Positions 20,482-35,300 are shown, counted from the first letter of the whole stretch. The stretch is DNA of 63,417 nt, filler included, from Aduncisulcus paluster (GCA_024181965.1; 9 parts of 9 records of this genome joined end to end with filler, not necessarily neighbours in it); one strand, 5' to 3'. The notes: generated from the letters alone by a model not told the origin. A program made the numbers and translations.

Positions 20482-23089
20482 ATGCCTACTGGGAAATTTT
20501 CAACATCAACGCATAAAAAATGTTGGATTCTTTCCCCATTAATCATTCAAGAACGAAGAAATAAGTGTCGGCATAATGCTTTGTCTAGACTTAACAAATT
20601 CAAAAAAGCCATGCAAGAATATGAAGATACACAGAAACAGTATGTTACTTTATTAGGTAGTTGATGTAAATATCCATTATTTGGTTGAATTATCCAGAAT
20701 TGATTTTGTATTTTTTGTGTTTAGATTGCAATCTCCTCAACAAACGTCAGGAACAGAAAAGTCAGAATATCAATCTGAAATTGCAGATCACCCTAAAATA
20801 TATCCATCCACTGGAATAACGCCACTAATATCTCAATTATCTTTACAAACGCCGGAAACCGCTGCTTTCTCTCCTGAAGCCTCCAAAGCAAAGCGAAAAG
20901 TGGTCACAATCAATGCTGGACTTGTTCAACCATCATTTTTCCCCAGTGTTCATGATGTTTCTCTTTCAAAAGGAGTCCATGATGCCACCAAAGATATGCT
21001 TGAATGTCTCAAGCAACAAGGTAAAACGCCACAAATAATGGATGGGTTGTGGCTTAAACAGGACCATTTTCTTCTTTCCGATCCAATATTGCGTAAAGAA
21101 TGTATATCTTGCATGGAAGAAGAATCGATATTGATACATTATCTTTGGAAGGTCGAAGCATTGTGCCAGCGTTTTGACATGTGTATCAGGACAGAATATA
21201 CTGCCGTCACACTCTTAAGGAGGTTTTATGTTGAGAAGTCAGTCTTTGACTTCAATCCACGAATCATGGCTCTTACAGCTGTTTTTTTGGCAGGAAAGAT
21301 AGAAGATGAGGTGAAAGATGCCGCAGATATCAGCAGAGTCACAGGAGTTCCTTCATATCAATTCATTGCATACGAAAGTCAATTAATGGAGGGAATTGGA
21401 TTTAATCTGAGTATCCACAAACCATTTCCAACATTTAAAAATATTGATTTGAAATTTAGAAATTTATTCATTGACGGCGGTGGGAAATATGAGATTTCTC
21501 TTCCTTCGGCAGTGAGAGGTAATAGTTCTGAGTTTGCAAGTCCCATATTCCTTGTAAACAACACAAACATTTCAAATACTACAACACCAATCATATATTC
21601 TGCCCTTTGCAATGCCAAGGTTGCTGCAGATTACCTCTCTCGCCATCAATTTATCCCTTCAAGATGCCATGAAAGGGCTCATAAAAGTGAAAAGTCTGAT
21701 CAGCGCCACATCGATTATGCATTGAATCCTCTCTCAGCCGTTCCATCGCGTATCTCCATTCAAGAACTCATAACTTCCGAATCAGGGAAGGAAGGATCAC
21801 CGTTTTCCGACCCCCATGCCGTTCCCTCACATCCGGTTGACTGTATTCTATTCATAAAAGATTGTATAATGCGTTATATTATGCGTAGTGATGTCATATT
21901 AACATCTGGACCATCGGCACAGGCCTTATTTTGCATTGGAGAAGCCTTGTTCTTCGCTGCAAACTTCTCACATGAAAGAATGGAGTCTGAGGCAGCATAT
22001 GTAGCCTCCCAAAGACGTCAAATGCATGTACGAATCAAAGATATCGACTCCCTCACTCCATACGAACATCAGGAAGCCGACTCTAGTATTGTTATTGATG
22101 TTACAGAAGATGACCAAGTGTCTGCCCACATCTCTTGTGATAAGGCAAATATAAAGGAGGAAGAAGAAGAGCATGCTGGGCTTCTTTCAAGACCTGCTCT
22201 TTCCAAGTCTTCTTCAACGAGATCTGTCCACTTTGCCTCTTCCTCTATTCTTTCTGGATCAGATTCTGATCTTGCTTCCTCCCCGAATAAGCTATGTCTT
22301 TCAATTCCACAGACCTCTGGCGATGCCCCTTCTTCTTCTTCCTCTCTACCTCCTTCTCCAACTGTCAGTGCAAGATATAGAGGCGGTGATATAAGCGGTA
22401 ACGAGTCCAATGTGAGTTCGTTAGTCTCTGGGGAGTCTTCTTGCATCTCTCCTTCCTCTTCTTCATCGTTGTCTTCTCCACGCACTGCATCCTCATCCAC
22501 TCCTGCTCTCCAGTTCACACGAAAAGAATGCTGGACGAGCGGTGTCAAGATTGTCGGTCATGTCATTCGTCCGTCAATGATCAAGGCATTCTCCACGGCT
22601 CTTAGTGCAATAACAGGCTTCACTAAGAGAGTGTTCGAGGACCCATCAGTGACACATGACGACCCAAGCGCTCTGTTCGATCCCTCTGTATATCCTTCAG
22701 AGTATACTCTAACGTTGCATCCAGCCACTCTCTTCTTCTGCACACCGCCCCAGGACAGGATTCTAAAGAAACTTAAGGAAAGGTTGCACGGGTGTCGTAA
22801 TGATCTCAGTCAACCAGACACTGTTCTCTATGCGGCTTCACAACAAGTCCTCAATGATGAATTGGGTGAGAAACAACGCGAAGACGATGCAAAGTTGAAA
22901 GCTCAGGAGGTTGAAGATGAGAGAAAGTTACTTCATGGCGAGAATAGGAATATTATTGAAGATATGGAAGTTCATGAAATCCATGAAAATGAAGATGAAG
23001 ATAGCTCAAAACCGAAGAAGAGAAGAACTTTTGGAGATGAAATCGCTGATTCAACGCATTCAAAGAAAAAGTCCACATTTAGATGGTGA
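20482..23089 (+). CDS. CCNH: Cyclin H-like protein (exons 20482-20639 and 20725-23089) with long low-complexity insertions
   Basis: Exon 1 has FSTSTHKKCWIL, compared with cyclin H Y..SSQ..HW.F. The cyclin box reads EEESILIHY...TAVTLLRRFYVEKSVFDFNPRIMALTAVFLAGKIED...YESQLMEGIGFNLSIHKPF. The C-terminal part has LKKLKERLHGCRN. Confidence 0.82.
20640..20724 (+). other. Spliceosomal intron (85 nt) in cyclin H
   Basis: GTATGT...T-rich...TTTAG. Splicing gives CA|A TTG CAA TCT, in frame with the 802-aa ORF. Confidence 0.8.
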
Positions 23090-23402
23090 TTTGAACTTGA
23101 AAATAACCATTTGAAACCTTTCACTGAAATTTTTATTATTTCTTAATTCTATTCCAAAAAATTCACTATATCAATATATATAAGTTCTTATTGTACAATA
23201 TAGTTAAATTTTATATTCATTTTCAATTTAATATTATTCAGGGGGCTGTGATTTGTGTCCAAATTTTTTTAACAAAATGAGGATATGTTCTTAATAAAAT
23301 ATTTTGTTATTATTTTTCGATAAAAATGGTGTTTTCTTAATCTTGTCGGATGAAGATATACTTCGTTCGGAACCAATGGATTTTCAATCAACATTTTTGT
23401 AA

Positions 23403-23997
23403 ATGGAAGACGAGGAAATCAGAAGGTTTGCCCTCCGTAAGCAAATGGCTGCCCTTGAAGCTGCCCGTGGTGCGGGGACTTCGATGATCTCATTGATTAT
23501 ACCTCCCACAGAACAGATTTCGCGAGTTGCCAAGATGCTTACCGATGAAGCCGGCACTGCGAGTAATATTAAGAGTAGAGTTAATCGTCAATCTGTTTTA
23601 GGTGCTATTGCCAGTGCTTCTCAAAAGCTTAAGCTTTATTCAAAGATTCCTGAGAATGGACTCGTTATATTTGTTGGGACTGTTTTAACGGAAGAAGGAA
23701 AAGAGAAAAAGCTCAATATTGATTTTGAACCATTCAAACCTGTTCATACGTTTTTGTACCTTTGCGATAACAAATTCCACACAGAACCTCTTCAGAGCCT
23801 TCTGACGGCCGATTCAGCCTTTGGTTTTATTGTTGTTGATGGGCACGGTGTGCTCTACGGCACTATCTGCGGTGCCGCCAGAACTGTTTTGCAAAAGATC
23901 CCTGTCCAGCTTCCAAAGAAGCATGGGAGAGGAGGACAATCCAGCGTTCGTTTCGCTCGTTTGAGAGAGGAAGCTCGTCATAATTATGTCCGTAAAG
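23403..23997 (+). CDS. ETF1: Eukaryotic release factor 1, N and M domains (3' end truncated)
   Basis: [35 protein letters not shown]. Confidence 0.97.
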
Positions 23998-24097
23998 NNN
24001 NNNNNNNNNNNNNNNNNNNNNNNNNNNNNNNNNNNNNNNNNTTAATTAATTAANNNNNNNNNNNNNNNNNNNNNNNNNNNNNNNNNNNNNNNNNNNN

Positions 24098-27000
24098 AAG
24101 CCAAAATACACAAATCACACTCGATGAAACTCATGGAGATGAGCAGTTCTCATACAGTGGAAATTTCCCAGAAGGATAAATATATCACAATTGTTGAGAA
24201 GAAAGCTCAAGATCTGAGAGAAGAATTGAAGGCACAAGCCAAACACAGTGATGGTATTTTGCGTGTGACTCAAGAACGGATCGCTGAACTTGAAGCCATT
24301 GAACAGCAAGGGAAGAAGAGAATAGAAGACTTGGAGCGAGAGTTGGATAAGTATTCGTCTCAAGTACGGCAAGGTCATGCCAAAGAACAGGAGCTCGAGG
24401 AAGAGAAGTCTGCCCTTTTGCTCACTCATGATCAAGAATTGGATTCATTCAGACAATTGGCATCGAGTGAAAAAAAGGCTTTGCAGAAGAAACTTGATAG
24501 ACAGATTGAGGATTCCCAAGCTAAAATATTACAACTCACAGGGGAGCTTCGGATGCAATCTGCCTTCCATGAAAAGCAATCTGAGCAAATTAGAACCGAA
24601 TTGTTGGATCTCAGAGCTGAAAATATTCGTTTGAAGGATGTCGTCAAGCGGAGTGAGGAAGAATTGGAGATTGCCCGTGAAGAAGCAAGAAAGCAGACCA
24701 CCGGAGTGGTGGAACAAGAGCAGCGTGAGAAACAAGACCTTGACAAGAGATTGATTGGGGCTACCCGGAAGGTTGCCATCCTTGAGAACGAGCTCAAGAA
24801 ACAAGCAGTTGTCAGTGATAATGAATTGGATATCAAAACAAAGGAGAACCTGCGCTTGCAAACTGAGCTTACCGATACTAAAAGATTGTTATCCGATCAA
24901 ACTGCTGAACTCAAACGTCTACGTACTCGGTCGAGTGATGCCGATATCGCCGAGGAATCTTTGCATATTTTGGAGCAAACCTCGAAGGAGAAAGAATCTC
25001 AACTCAGAGCTGAACTTCAGGACGTGCGTGATGAGCTCAAAACGGTTCAAGAAGATCTTGGAGCAGAACGAGTTGTGGCTTCGAGTGCTCAACATAAGGT
25101 TAAAGAGCTTTCTGAGGAGCTTAAGGTCATTGGAATGCATGGAAAAGGTACAGTACAATTTTTAGAAGAATCTAAAATTCGTCTTGAGGCCGAACGAAAA
25201 GATTTACAACATAAACTTGAAGCTGAACGTTCTGAATGGGATTCTGAGAGAGCTAGACTTGAGTCTAACTTAACTCGTGAGCGTGAGGAAAAAGTCAAGA
25301 TGAAAGATGAATCCTATCAGCATGAAAGTGCCGCCACTTCCAAGATTAATGAACTCCGAAAAGAGTTAAAGGCACAGCACGCTTGGATGGAGACTCAGCT
25401 AGAGCTTGAGAAAGAGCGTCTTCAACAGGAGTTTGCCTCTCCTTCGTTGTGTGGTAAACCTGGTACATATAGAGATGATTCCCAGGGTGAACTATACGAG
25501 AATTTCGAAGCAGAGAAGAAGAAGAGGGTTGAAACTGAGGAATTGTTAAAACGGGTGATTCGAAGCCATCAGAGTGAAGTTAATGGGCTAAGAAATAGAA
25601 TTAGAACCCTGACAGAACAACTCAGACTCTCGACGACAGGCGGATCGTTCCTTGTACTCGATGGAGGGGATGGAAGTCCAACAGGAAAGAAGCAAATGCA
25701 AATCACCAGAAAAGTAGGAGAAGCTGTGGGATATTCTGGACCTAAACCAAGTATTGAGGAATCCAGTGCGATTATTAATCAAGACCACGAATCTTCTTCA
25801 TCAACCATTTCTAGTTCATCTAGCTCTAGTTCTTTGGATGCCCCACAGACTAAGTTATTCCCTGCATCCCATGCCATTGGAGATATTGAACACCATGACC
25901 AAAAGCATGGAAGTGTTTCTAAGGACCAACACGAGCAGCCAAAACGAGATCGTTCACAATCATGCCGCCGTCACACCCCCTGTCCATCTGAAATTGAAGT
26001 TGGTTCCCATAATAATAACTCTGATTATCTCGCTGCCGAAGAACATAAAGAGGATAACCCAGCCACAATGCTCAGTTCTGGAATAGTCGATGATGCTGAC
26101 GAAGAGAATGCTTCTTCTTCTTTCCCAAATACACCTATCACTGCACAGCTGCCACCACAAGTCCCCATAGTTAAGGGGAATCAGCCTCGTAGAAGCTCGT
26201 CTTTCCTACGTAAACTCTCTCCCTCACCGCATGTGTTATCTCGTTCTGCCTCCATAATGGACAAGAGAGGAGGAGGAGCAAGTCAAGGACGAGCATCTGT
26301 GAGTGAAAAGGAATCCAGCCATCAATCTGTTATTGTAACTGATGATATTGCCCACATTGATTCAGGAAATGGCGTTAATGGGACTGTAGTGGTCGATTCT
26401 GACTCATATAATCCTTCAGGGAAAGTGTCTGCCACTCCTGTTCGTGTGACTGAGGTTCCTGTTCATCCTCCAACCCCAGTGACTGAGGATATGCCAAAGA
26501 GAGCCATTGACATTGATGTCCAGGGGCATACGGATGATACTCAAAGGAATGTTGGTGGTTCTCTCAACCGTGATCGATCCATTGAAGGTAGAATCGAAGG
26601 CAGAATGGGAGGAGAGAAAGAAGAGTTGGGAAAAGATGTTCACGGTAAAGTTGACAATGAAGNNNNNNNNNNNNNNNNNNNNCATCCTCCAACCCCAGTG
26701 ACTGAGGATATGCCAAAGAGAGCCATTGACATTGATGTCCAGGGGCATACGGATGATACTCAAAGGAATGTTGGTGGTTCTCTCAACCGTGATCGATCCA
26801 TTGAAGGTAGAATCGAAGGCAGAATGGGAGGAGAGAAAGAAGAGTTGGGAAAAGATGTTCACGGTAAAGTTGACAATGAAGGAAAAGACGATATCCAAAA
26901 TGAAATGGTTCTAATGCCCAAGAAACCAGAAAAGGAAGAAGAAGAAGGAGAAGAGAAAGATAGGGAACAACTGGGGAAAGGAGAAAAAAACAAGAGAGAG

Positions 27001-30000
27001 AATAATCCTGAAAGAAATGAGTCTCAAGGTCACATTGAAGAGAAAGAAGAGAAAGATGAAGAGATGGCTGAGGGAAATAAGAAACCCGGATTGTTCCCTG
27101 ATCATACGTCCATTTGTGAAAAAGAACCCCAAGATTCTCAGGTGCCAAATAATTCTACTAATGAAAATGCTAAGAGTGATTCGTCATTAGAGCTTAAGAT
27201 GACATCCATAGACCAGCGTAAATCTCCCTCAATTCCTCGTGATACCCCTGTGCCTCGATCACCAAGATTAACTGCTCAAATAACAGCCCAGGATATCAAA
27301 CACATTCAAGACATTCCCCTTTATACCCATATTAGTCAGCTTAGTCAGAGAAAGTCTTCATCGGCAAGCCAGAGACGATCCGGATTGAGTGCAGTGTGTA
27401 AGGATGATCGTGAAGATGGGACGTCCATTCATGATTGTCAGTTGGATTGTTTCCCTCCCCTTTCCTTTTTGTTCTCATCGCAACGTGTATCTAATGCCTT
27501 TTCCCCTGAAACTCCTCGTACTGCTCGTGGTGAAGCCACAGTGATGACATCTACGGATCCTTCAAGTCTTATTATGGTTTCTGATATCGTTGGTTCCCTA
27601 CAAGAATTATTGGAGTCTTCTGGAAGAAATGTCCAAGAAGAGAATTCTCAAGCTATTTCGAGTGCATCTTTCTCTCCTCTGCTTGATGGGTTTGTCTCTG
27701 AAGTTCGTGAGTGCGCCTCCCTCTGTAAATCGAAGAAAGGTTGTGAAAAACTTGCCAATTCTCCGCAATCAGAGGTTCTTTTTGATATATTATGCGAAGG
27801 ATGTCTCCTAGTTGATCCATGGCCTCCTTCCTCGCCGCCATCTGTATCTTCAGTGGCTGAACAAACAGCTCGAGAAGTTGGAATGGTTGGTTATTGGTTG
27901 AAGAGGAACTGTCTCGTTATTGTGTGCTGGATGCTTATGTATAATGAAAAGCTTTGTCATCATCTTGTTTCAAAACATTTCAGTCTGTTGACTCACATTG
28001 TTGAGCTCCTGGATTGCCATGAAATTGACCAACAAAGTAACCATTCCACTAGTAGCACGGGTAGCGCATATGGGACATCAGTGTTGCATCCAACATCGCC
28101 CAATCATGATGAAACCAGAGTGAAGGATAGAGACGTTCGGACAACGCTTGGAGGGAGGTTTGATAGAGGAGACACTCGTGCCCGTATGCTCTCTTCTTCC
28201 TCCTCAGTGTCTCCACACCCATCTCAACACTCACCACATCCTCCATCCACCCCTCACCACAGGTATATATCACATTCTCTTCCACCTCCCCAGTCGCCTC
28301 GTGTGAGAATGCACAGGATTCGTGAGGGAAAGAAGACGCATGGGAGCACGGAGCCTGAAGTTGCAGAGACATGCTTTGTCATATTGAAACAAATATATTC
28401 CGTTTGTGGGTATGGGACTGAGCCTGGTACTGGTTTGTTGGGAACATTGACGGTTCCTTCAAGTTCCAGCTCGGCCTCTTCTGCAATAGCTATAGCTACT
28501 TCAGGTGAAGATGAAGCTCTCCCACCTGCACGGAGCTCATCTACTATATCTCGCTCTTCTGCTCGCATTCTCCTTGGGAGTGTGCTTCACTCATGTTTCT
28601 TGTGGTGTGAAATACCCCTGAAAATTGATTCTTCAAAACCAGAAGAAAATGAGAAGGAGTCTCGTTTCGCTTGTGTTGCTGCATGTTCGTGTTGTTTAAT
28701 TGATACAATATTCATGCCTACTCCTCGGCTACCTTCAACCAACCCAATGGTAGATTCCTCTTCTTTGTCTTCTTCAATGAGAATTGGCTTCTCTTTCGTA
28801 GATCTTTTGCCTCAACACTTCATTTCGAGGCTGACAACATGCATATCTCGGCTCTGTTCCAAGGCTGTGGATAAGACAAGAGCGAGTGGAATTGATTCCC
28901 ATCATTTGATANNNNNNNNNNNNNNNNNNNNTTCATGCCTACTCCTCGGCTACCTTCAACCAACCCAATGGTAGATTCCTCTTCTTTGTCTTCTTCAATG
29001 AGAATTGGCTTCTCTTTCGTAGATCTTTTGCCTCAACACTTCATTTCGAGGCTGACAACATGCATATCTCGGCTCTGTTCCAAGGCTGTGGATAAGACAA
29101 GAGCGAGTGGAATTGATTCCCTTCATTTGATATCATTGGTTGGATCATTCACAACCTTTAAGAAACCTCCAACAACTCCCCTTCTGTTCTCTTGCATCGC
29201 CTTGCACTCGTTGCGTGCTATGGCCCACATTCTTGATGGAGCTAGAACAGTGATGGCAGTTCCCGTTTCTGATTCAATGACTGTGTATGGGATTTTGAGA
29301 GAAAAGGTTGATAAAATCGTCAAGTTCGGGCGTGGTCGAAGCATTGCTGATCGGAGTATGGATATGATGAAACAGATGATGGTTATTGTTCGTGCGAGTT
29401 GTAGGAATGGTCAAGCTACTAGACAACTCTGGGACCACGATCTTTATGGAACATGTATTTCAATTTGTGAAGAAGCTCAAAGAAGGAAATTGAAAATGTT
29501 CGAAGAAACACGACTCGCTGAAGCCAAAAAGCAACAAGAAAATGAAAAGAAAGCATCTGGTACGAAAAAGAATAAGGGGAAAGAAGAAGAGAAAGAGAAA
29601 GAGAAGAATGGAAAAGGAAAAAAAGACAAGAAAGAAACCAAAGATACGTCAACAAAGATAGAAGAGGAGGTTTCTCCCAATATTGCCTGTCCTTCTTTGC
29701 CATTCTCTAATCTGGCATCTTACGCATCAGATATTTTGTTGTTATCCGTCAATATTCTTAATCCTTTGAGAAAGAAGATGTCCCACACTCATAGATCTTC
29801 AAGAGGAAGCTTCAGTGGTATTCCAGCTCCCGTTGTTGGTAATTCTTCCTCTCCCACACGCTTATCTTCTTCCTCTGCTCCTCCACCCGTGGTCCCACAG
29901 TTCAATCCCTTCTCGTCACGTTGTATCATCGAGAACGATGAACAAGAAGATGAATTTGGGAGATTCTATTCTTCCATTCTCACACAACGCATGTTTAATG

Positions 30001-32267
30001 TATTGCACTCGGGTCTGGTCTGTAACGATTCGTGGACTGCTAGTCTAATCCAGGTTTTGTTTGATATTTTACCTTTTGACATCTCTGTGGATCAACGCCG
30101 AGTAGTAAGGCTTTCTGGAGATAAGAAACAGTCATCTCAATCGGCCATATCTAATTGTTTAGTGTCTTCAATGTTATTCAAGTCATCAATTTCAATTGTA
30201 AACCTTCTTGTGAAGAATGCTCTTGGATTGAAAGCCCACCAATCTTCTTCTCAACTTACATTTATAGATCTTTTCCCTGCTTCTCCGGCTCATGTTTATA
30301 GTGTATTAGGTGATAGTGGTAGCAATTCTGATACTAAGTCAAGGAAGAAGGGAAAAGACAAGAAGGCACCGAATCCTTCGCTTCTTTCAGCTTCTCTTTT
30401 GACAACCCCCGGCAATCAATTGGTGTATTTGGGAGCTTGTGTCAAAATTCTCCGCGTTGTTTGTCAAGATAGTCAAGAAGCTCGTGATTATATCCTTAAG
30501 AAGGGACACGAAAGCCTCGTGTCGCTTTGTAGGCTTTGCGGAGAAGATATTGGGACAAAGAGGGCTGGATTGTGGAAGAAACCAAGTGCTTACATTGCTG
30601 ATGATCTTCTTCAAATCTTGTCATATATTTTTACTTCTAGAAATATGTCACCAACTTTCATTTCCATGCCCGTGGAAAATTATTGTTTTGCCCTTTCAAC
30701 CACTGTTTCAAAGTCTGGAGAACAAGGCTATTTCTATGAATCGCCAGAATCCAGAGCTTTCCATTCTCAGACCGCATTTGTTCGTCTCATATTCTCAATT
30801 TTGCGAAGGCCCACCCGTTCATTTATTCTTCAACTTCTCAAAAATGATGAAATTATTGCATATTTCGCTCGTGTTTTCCGTACTGGGCAACCTTCGAAGC
30901 TTTTTAGAGGCGTGTGCCGTATTATGCGAGCCATCTTCTGCTTTGTCGATAAGTCAGTGAGTTCATCGCCCGTTAATGTTGATGATTTGGTAAAACTCAG
31001 TGGATCCAATGCTTCATTTGAAGTATTAGGTCTGGCTCTTGTATCTAAGATGAAATCATTAATCCAGATAATTCGAGATTGTACTCCGTTTGATGCTAAC
31101 AACAAGGAGTCATTTGCATGTGTTTGTGACCTATTGGTGCACTCTCAATCCTTGCGAGATTTAATTACTGATGTCTTTGATGAAGCTCAAGTCATTGTTG
31201 AGTTCTTACGAGTATCCACTCACCCCTCTGTGTCTCGAGATATCCTCGATGATGTCCTTCAAGTTGTCGTTTTGTTTAGCACTTCTCGACACGATGTTGC
31301 AGCTGTTGTCCTCGATTCGTTGCTGAAACAAACAAGTAATCCAGATCGTATTTGTGATCATGCAATATCTGTTCTTTTGCAATGTTTGCTCACATCTCAG
31401 GTTTCAATCACTGATCCGCTATTCCAGGCCGATGAGATGGCTTCTCTGTACCGTCTTGTTCTTCCGATTTCTCAAATAACTTTGCCAAAACCAGATCATG
31501 GAACTCGTAAAGAATTAAGCAAGATAGAAGTCCAAACTCAATGTATCAATTTAGTCCTAAACTTGGAGAAGCTGTATGGTGATTCTGTCATTGAAAAAAT
31601 GCAAAAAATCGGGGGAGATGATGAAATTTCTTCATGTTTGGCCGGATTGTTGACTGGAATACTCGAATCCGCAACAAGAACCAAATCGCCCGTCATTGAA
31701 AGGGGTCTCATTGATCTATTCGAGAAATGTCTAAAATTAGAATGGGTCATGGCTAAATTTAGGACACTTGAGAATTTCATACCCATTATCTTTGAATGGA
31801 TAAACATGCGGCTCCATATTGAGGAGATAAAAACGAAGACAACCGATTCTGGTCCAATTCATGAAGAATCTTTGGAGCTAACTGAACGGTTATTCGCTTG
31901 TTGTATGGTTATTTTGAATGATCTGAGTGCTCCAAAAAACAAATATAAGTTCAAAAATGGAAGATCAAATTTGATATCATTTGTTATCAAGAATGTACCA
32001 AATTCTCACCTCGACAGCTTTTTATTGGCTTGTATTCAGTCTTCCTCCAGTATTATTTGTGAATTGGGACTTGATTTCTGCTCAATGATGTGCTTACATG
32101 AACTTGGAGGTCGTGTATTGTGCAATTTGATTCAACTTTGTAAAGAAATGTATTCAATAACAAAAACTAAAGGTCATTCACATCGAAAGAAGGTGGTTTT
32201 GCTCATGAAAGCCATTCTTGATGATCCTGAACGAAAAAAGATATTCAAGGAAAATGTTCAAGAATAA
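24098..32267 (+). CDS. Very large hypothetical protein: N-terminal coiled coil, disordered middle, ARM/HEAT-like helical C-terminal half. One gene, split only by the duplicated gaps at 26663 and 28912
   Basis: The 1616-aa and 1110-aa ORFs share the duplicated peptide MPTPRLPSTNPMV...GIDS across the gap. The N-terminus has E/K/L heptads and the C-terminus has amphipathic helical repeats. Confidence 0.7.
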
Positions 32268-32356
32268 AAATACTAATCTTTTCCAATTATCACTATGGGA
32301 CGGGCCAGAAATTACTCCTAGGAACTTCCTCCGACAAATATCATCAGAATTATTCC

Positions 32357-35300
32357 TCATTGACTCCGATCCCAACCTTCATCATGCTCAAAGCCAGCAA
32401 CACCACACTCTCCTTCGATGGTTCCAACAGAGCCACCATACTTCCTACATTGCTCACAGATAATGGCTTCAATGCTTGGACAGGCATAGTCTTCGCCAAT
32501 CGTGGGAAGGAAAGGTTTGATGCATTGCACTTTGACACGAGCTTCATGCACACTCATGCGTTTGTCAACATCAAGCAGAGTGAGACCTGTGAATACTTCG
32601 TTAAACACTTTATGAACGGGTTCGTACTTGCCATCCTCAATGGTCAAGAGAGATTTGAAAAGGGAAGAACTGGAGAGTTTAGGGGTCATACCAGATGTCA
32701 TCAGCTGAGAGAGTTTTGCCATGAATTGAATGCTATCAATGATCCCTCGAAGACCTGGGTGACCGAGAAATGGCGGGAGACAAGTGAATAAAGAAAGGAT
32801 AGATAATCCAAGAGAATATCCATCACTACTCTGGGTTTGAAGACCTTCCATTAACGTTTCATACGAGTTGTAAACAAGAGTTCCACAATTTGAACCGTTA
32901 TCTTTTTCTTCTTCTTCGTCTTGAGGTGTCTTCTTCTTCCCACTACTATCCCCCTTGGTTGATGATATAGAAGAAGTAATCTGTTGGGAAGATGTTGAAG
33001 AGGATATGGAATCCTGGATCTGCACGAATCCAAGATCTGCAAGGACAACGGTGCACTTCTTAGAATCAGGATCAACACGAACAAGGAAGTTGTCAGGTTT
33101 CACGTCTCGGTGCACAAGCTTTGGTTTGGCCGTAAACACATCATCAATGCATTCGATCATTCCGACACATAATGAACACACTTTCACAGGGTTCAGTATC
33201 ATGGGATCAAAGCGATCATGATCATCACTCTCAGAACCAGAACCAAAACTTGAGTCCAAGTCTGAGGGTTCACTATCATCAACAGTATCAGCAATACTCA
33301 CATACTTGCCATCGGCACACCAACGCTTGGCAAACGCACTCACACTGCCTCCAACACAAAACTCCATCAAGAAGCCATAAACACCTTTCATATCGGAATC
33401 AAGCAGATCAAGGATATACAGAGGACGTGGGATACGGTTGAAACATTTGGGATTCGTAAACAACTTGAGTTGCACTTTAAACTCTTTCCGACACTCTTTC
33501 ACAACAGTTTTGTCCGCAATCCGAAGCATCTTCTTCAGAACACATGGGAAAGGAATGCCATCAATAAGAACAAGAAGAACCTCTCCGAACCCACCACTGC
33601 CAATGATGCACTGTGAAGTCAGCGTGGATGCAGATGTCAGGGTTAGCGAGTCGTGCTTGGGGTTAGACTTGGGCTTACCATCCTTGGGGTTATGTTTCTT
33701 TTTATCCTTATATTTCTTCTGTTTGGTGTCTTTTAGTGTTGNNNNNNNNNNNNNNNNNNNNCTTTCATATCGGAATCAAGCAGATCAAGGATATACAGAG
33801 GACGTGGGATACGGTTGAAACATTTGGGATTCGTAAACAACTTGAGTTGCACTTTAAACCCTTTCCGACACTCTTTCACAACAGTTTTGTCCGCAATCCG
33901 AAGCATCTTCTTCAGAACACATGGGAAAGGAATGCCATCAATAAGAACAAGAAGAACCTCTCCGAACCCACCACTGCCAATGATGCACTGTGAAGTCAGC
34001 GTGGATGCAGATGTCAGGGTTAGCGAGTCGTGCTTGGGGTTAGACTTGGGCTTACCATCCTTGGGGTTATGTTTCTTTTTATCCTTATATTTCTTCTGTT
34101 TGGTGTCTTTTAGTGTTGGATCCTTATCATTTCCTTTAATAACAATTTCTTCTTGTTTTTGTTCTTCTTTTACGGCTTCTTTCACAGCTACTTTCAGAGG
34201 TTTTGATGTCAAAGAGAAAGTAGATGTGGGTGTCTTTGAGGAACTGGAAGGAATAGGAGTAAGAAGAGGAGGAGATGTGGGAATGTCATCACCTCGAAGG
34301 AAAACAAGGGAGTAGATGCAGAAATATCGACTATTCTTCTCTTTCCACATTCCTTTCCCTTCAATCTCACACAATACAATATTATCCAAATCAATAGGAA
34401 GGAAGTGCCATTCATATTCATGTTTAGGTTTTGTAAATTCATACTTCTTGCACGTCTTCTTACCATCACAATCAGTGAAAGTGAAGAGAAGAGAGGGTGA
34501 ACTATAACGCTTATTCACACAGATATAAGCGCCTTTCATGGGACTAGGTGATGGAAAAAGGATTGAAAAATGGGATAAGCAAACACCACATTCCCCTTTT
34601 AACATTTTTTGTGCTCTTGAACTCTGATCATACTCTTCGGATTCCTTACTATACCGATTAAACTTGCACTTAACCATTGTAAATGAAGGATCTACAAGCT
34701 TTGGATCATCACGTGCAATGGGAACAGAATCTCTACCTTTAGATTTTCTATCTCCTTCCTTAACAAACTCTGGTTTCACAACTGGAGCTTCAGACCATAG
34801 TATTTCTTTGGCTTCACGTGATTTGATTTCTTCAGGGGTTTCTTCTCTACTAATGAAAACAAGGGATTCGATTCGAAAATACTCTTTCTTTCTTCCTTTC
34901 CCTGTAATCTCACACAAAACAACATCAGGGAGATCAACAGGAAGGAAATACCAACGATCATCGTCAAATTCATGAAATTCGTATTTCTTGGATGTTTTAT
35001 CACCCTTTGAAGACGTAAAACTGAAGATAAGATGTGATGGAGGTGAGATATAATGCCATAGACAGATATAAACCCCTTTCATTTGAGAAGATGAGGAGAA
35101 AGGAATGGAGATATGGGTAAAATGTCCTTCATTCCACTCTCCTTTCATCATTTTTTGTGCATAATAACTCTGATAGTACTCTTTTTTTTTCACAAACAGT
35201 ATTTTCTTAGTTTCGTCCCTTGCTTTCAACGATTCAAACTTTGGAATCTTAATATTGGGGGAATCTCCAGGAATTGGACAGCATAACCAATCTCCTTTAT

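Noticed and set aside
23403-23997. Alternative genetic code (as in hexamitid diplomonads, TAA/TAG=Gln)
   Set aside because: The eRF1 recognition motifs are canonical, and conserved genes end at TAA (aldolase, eRF1, USP14) and TGA (cyclin H, kinases) at the expected positions without internal stops.
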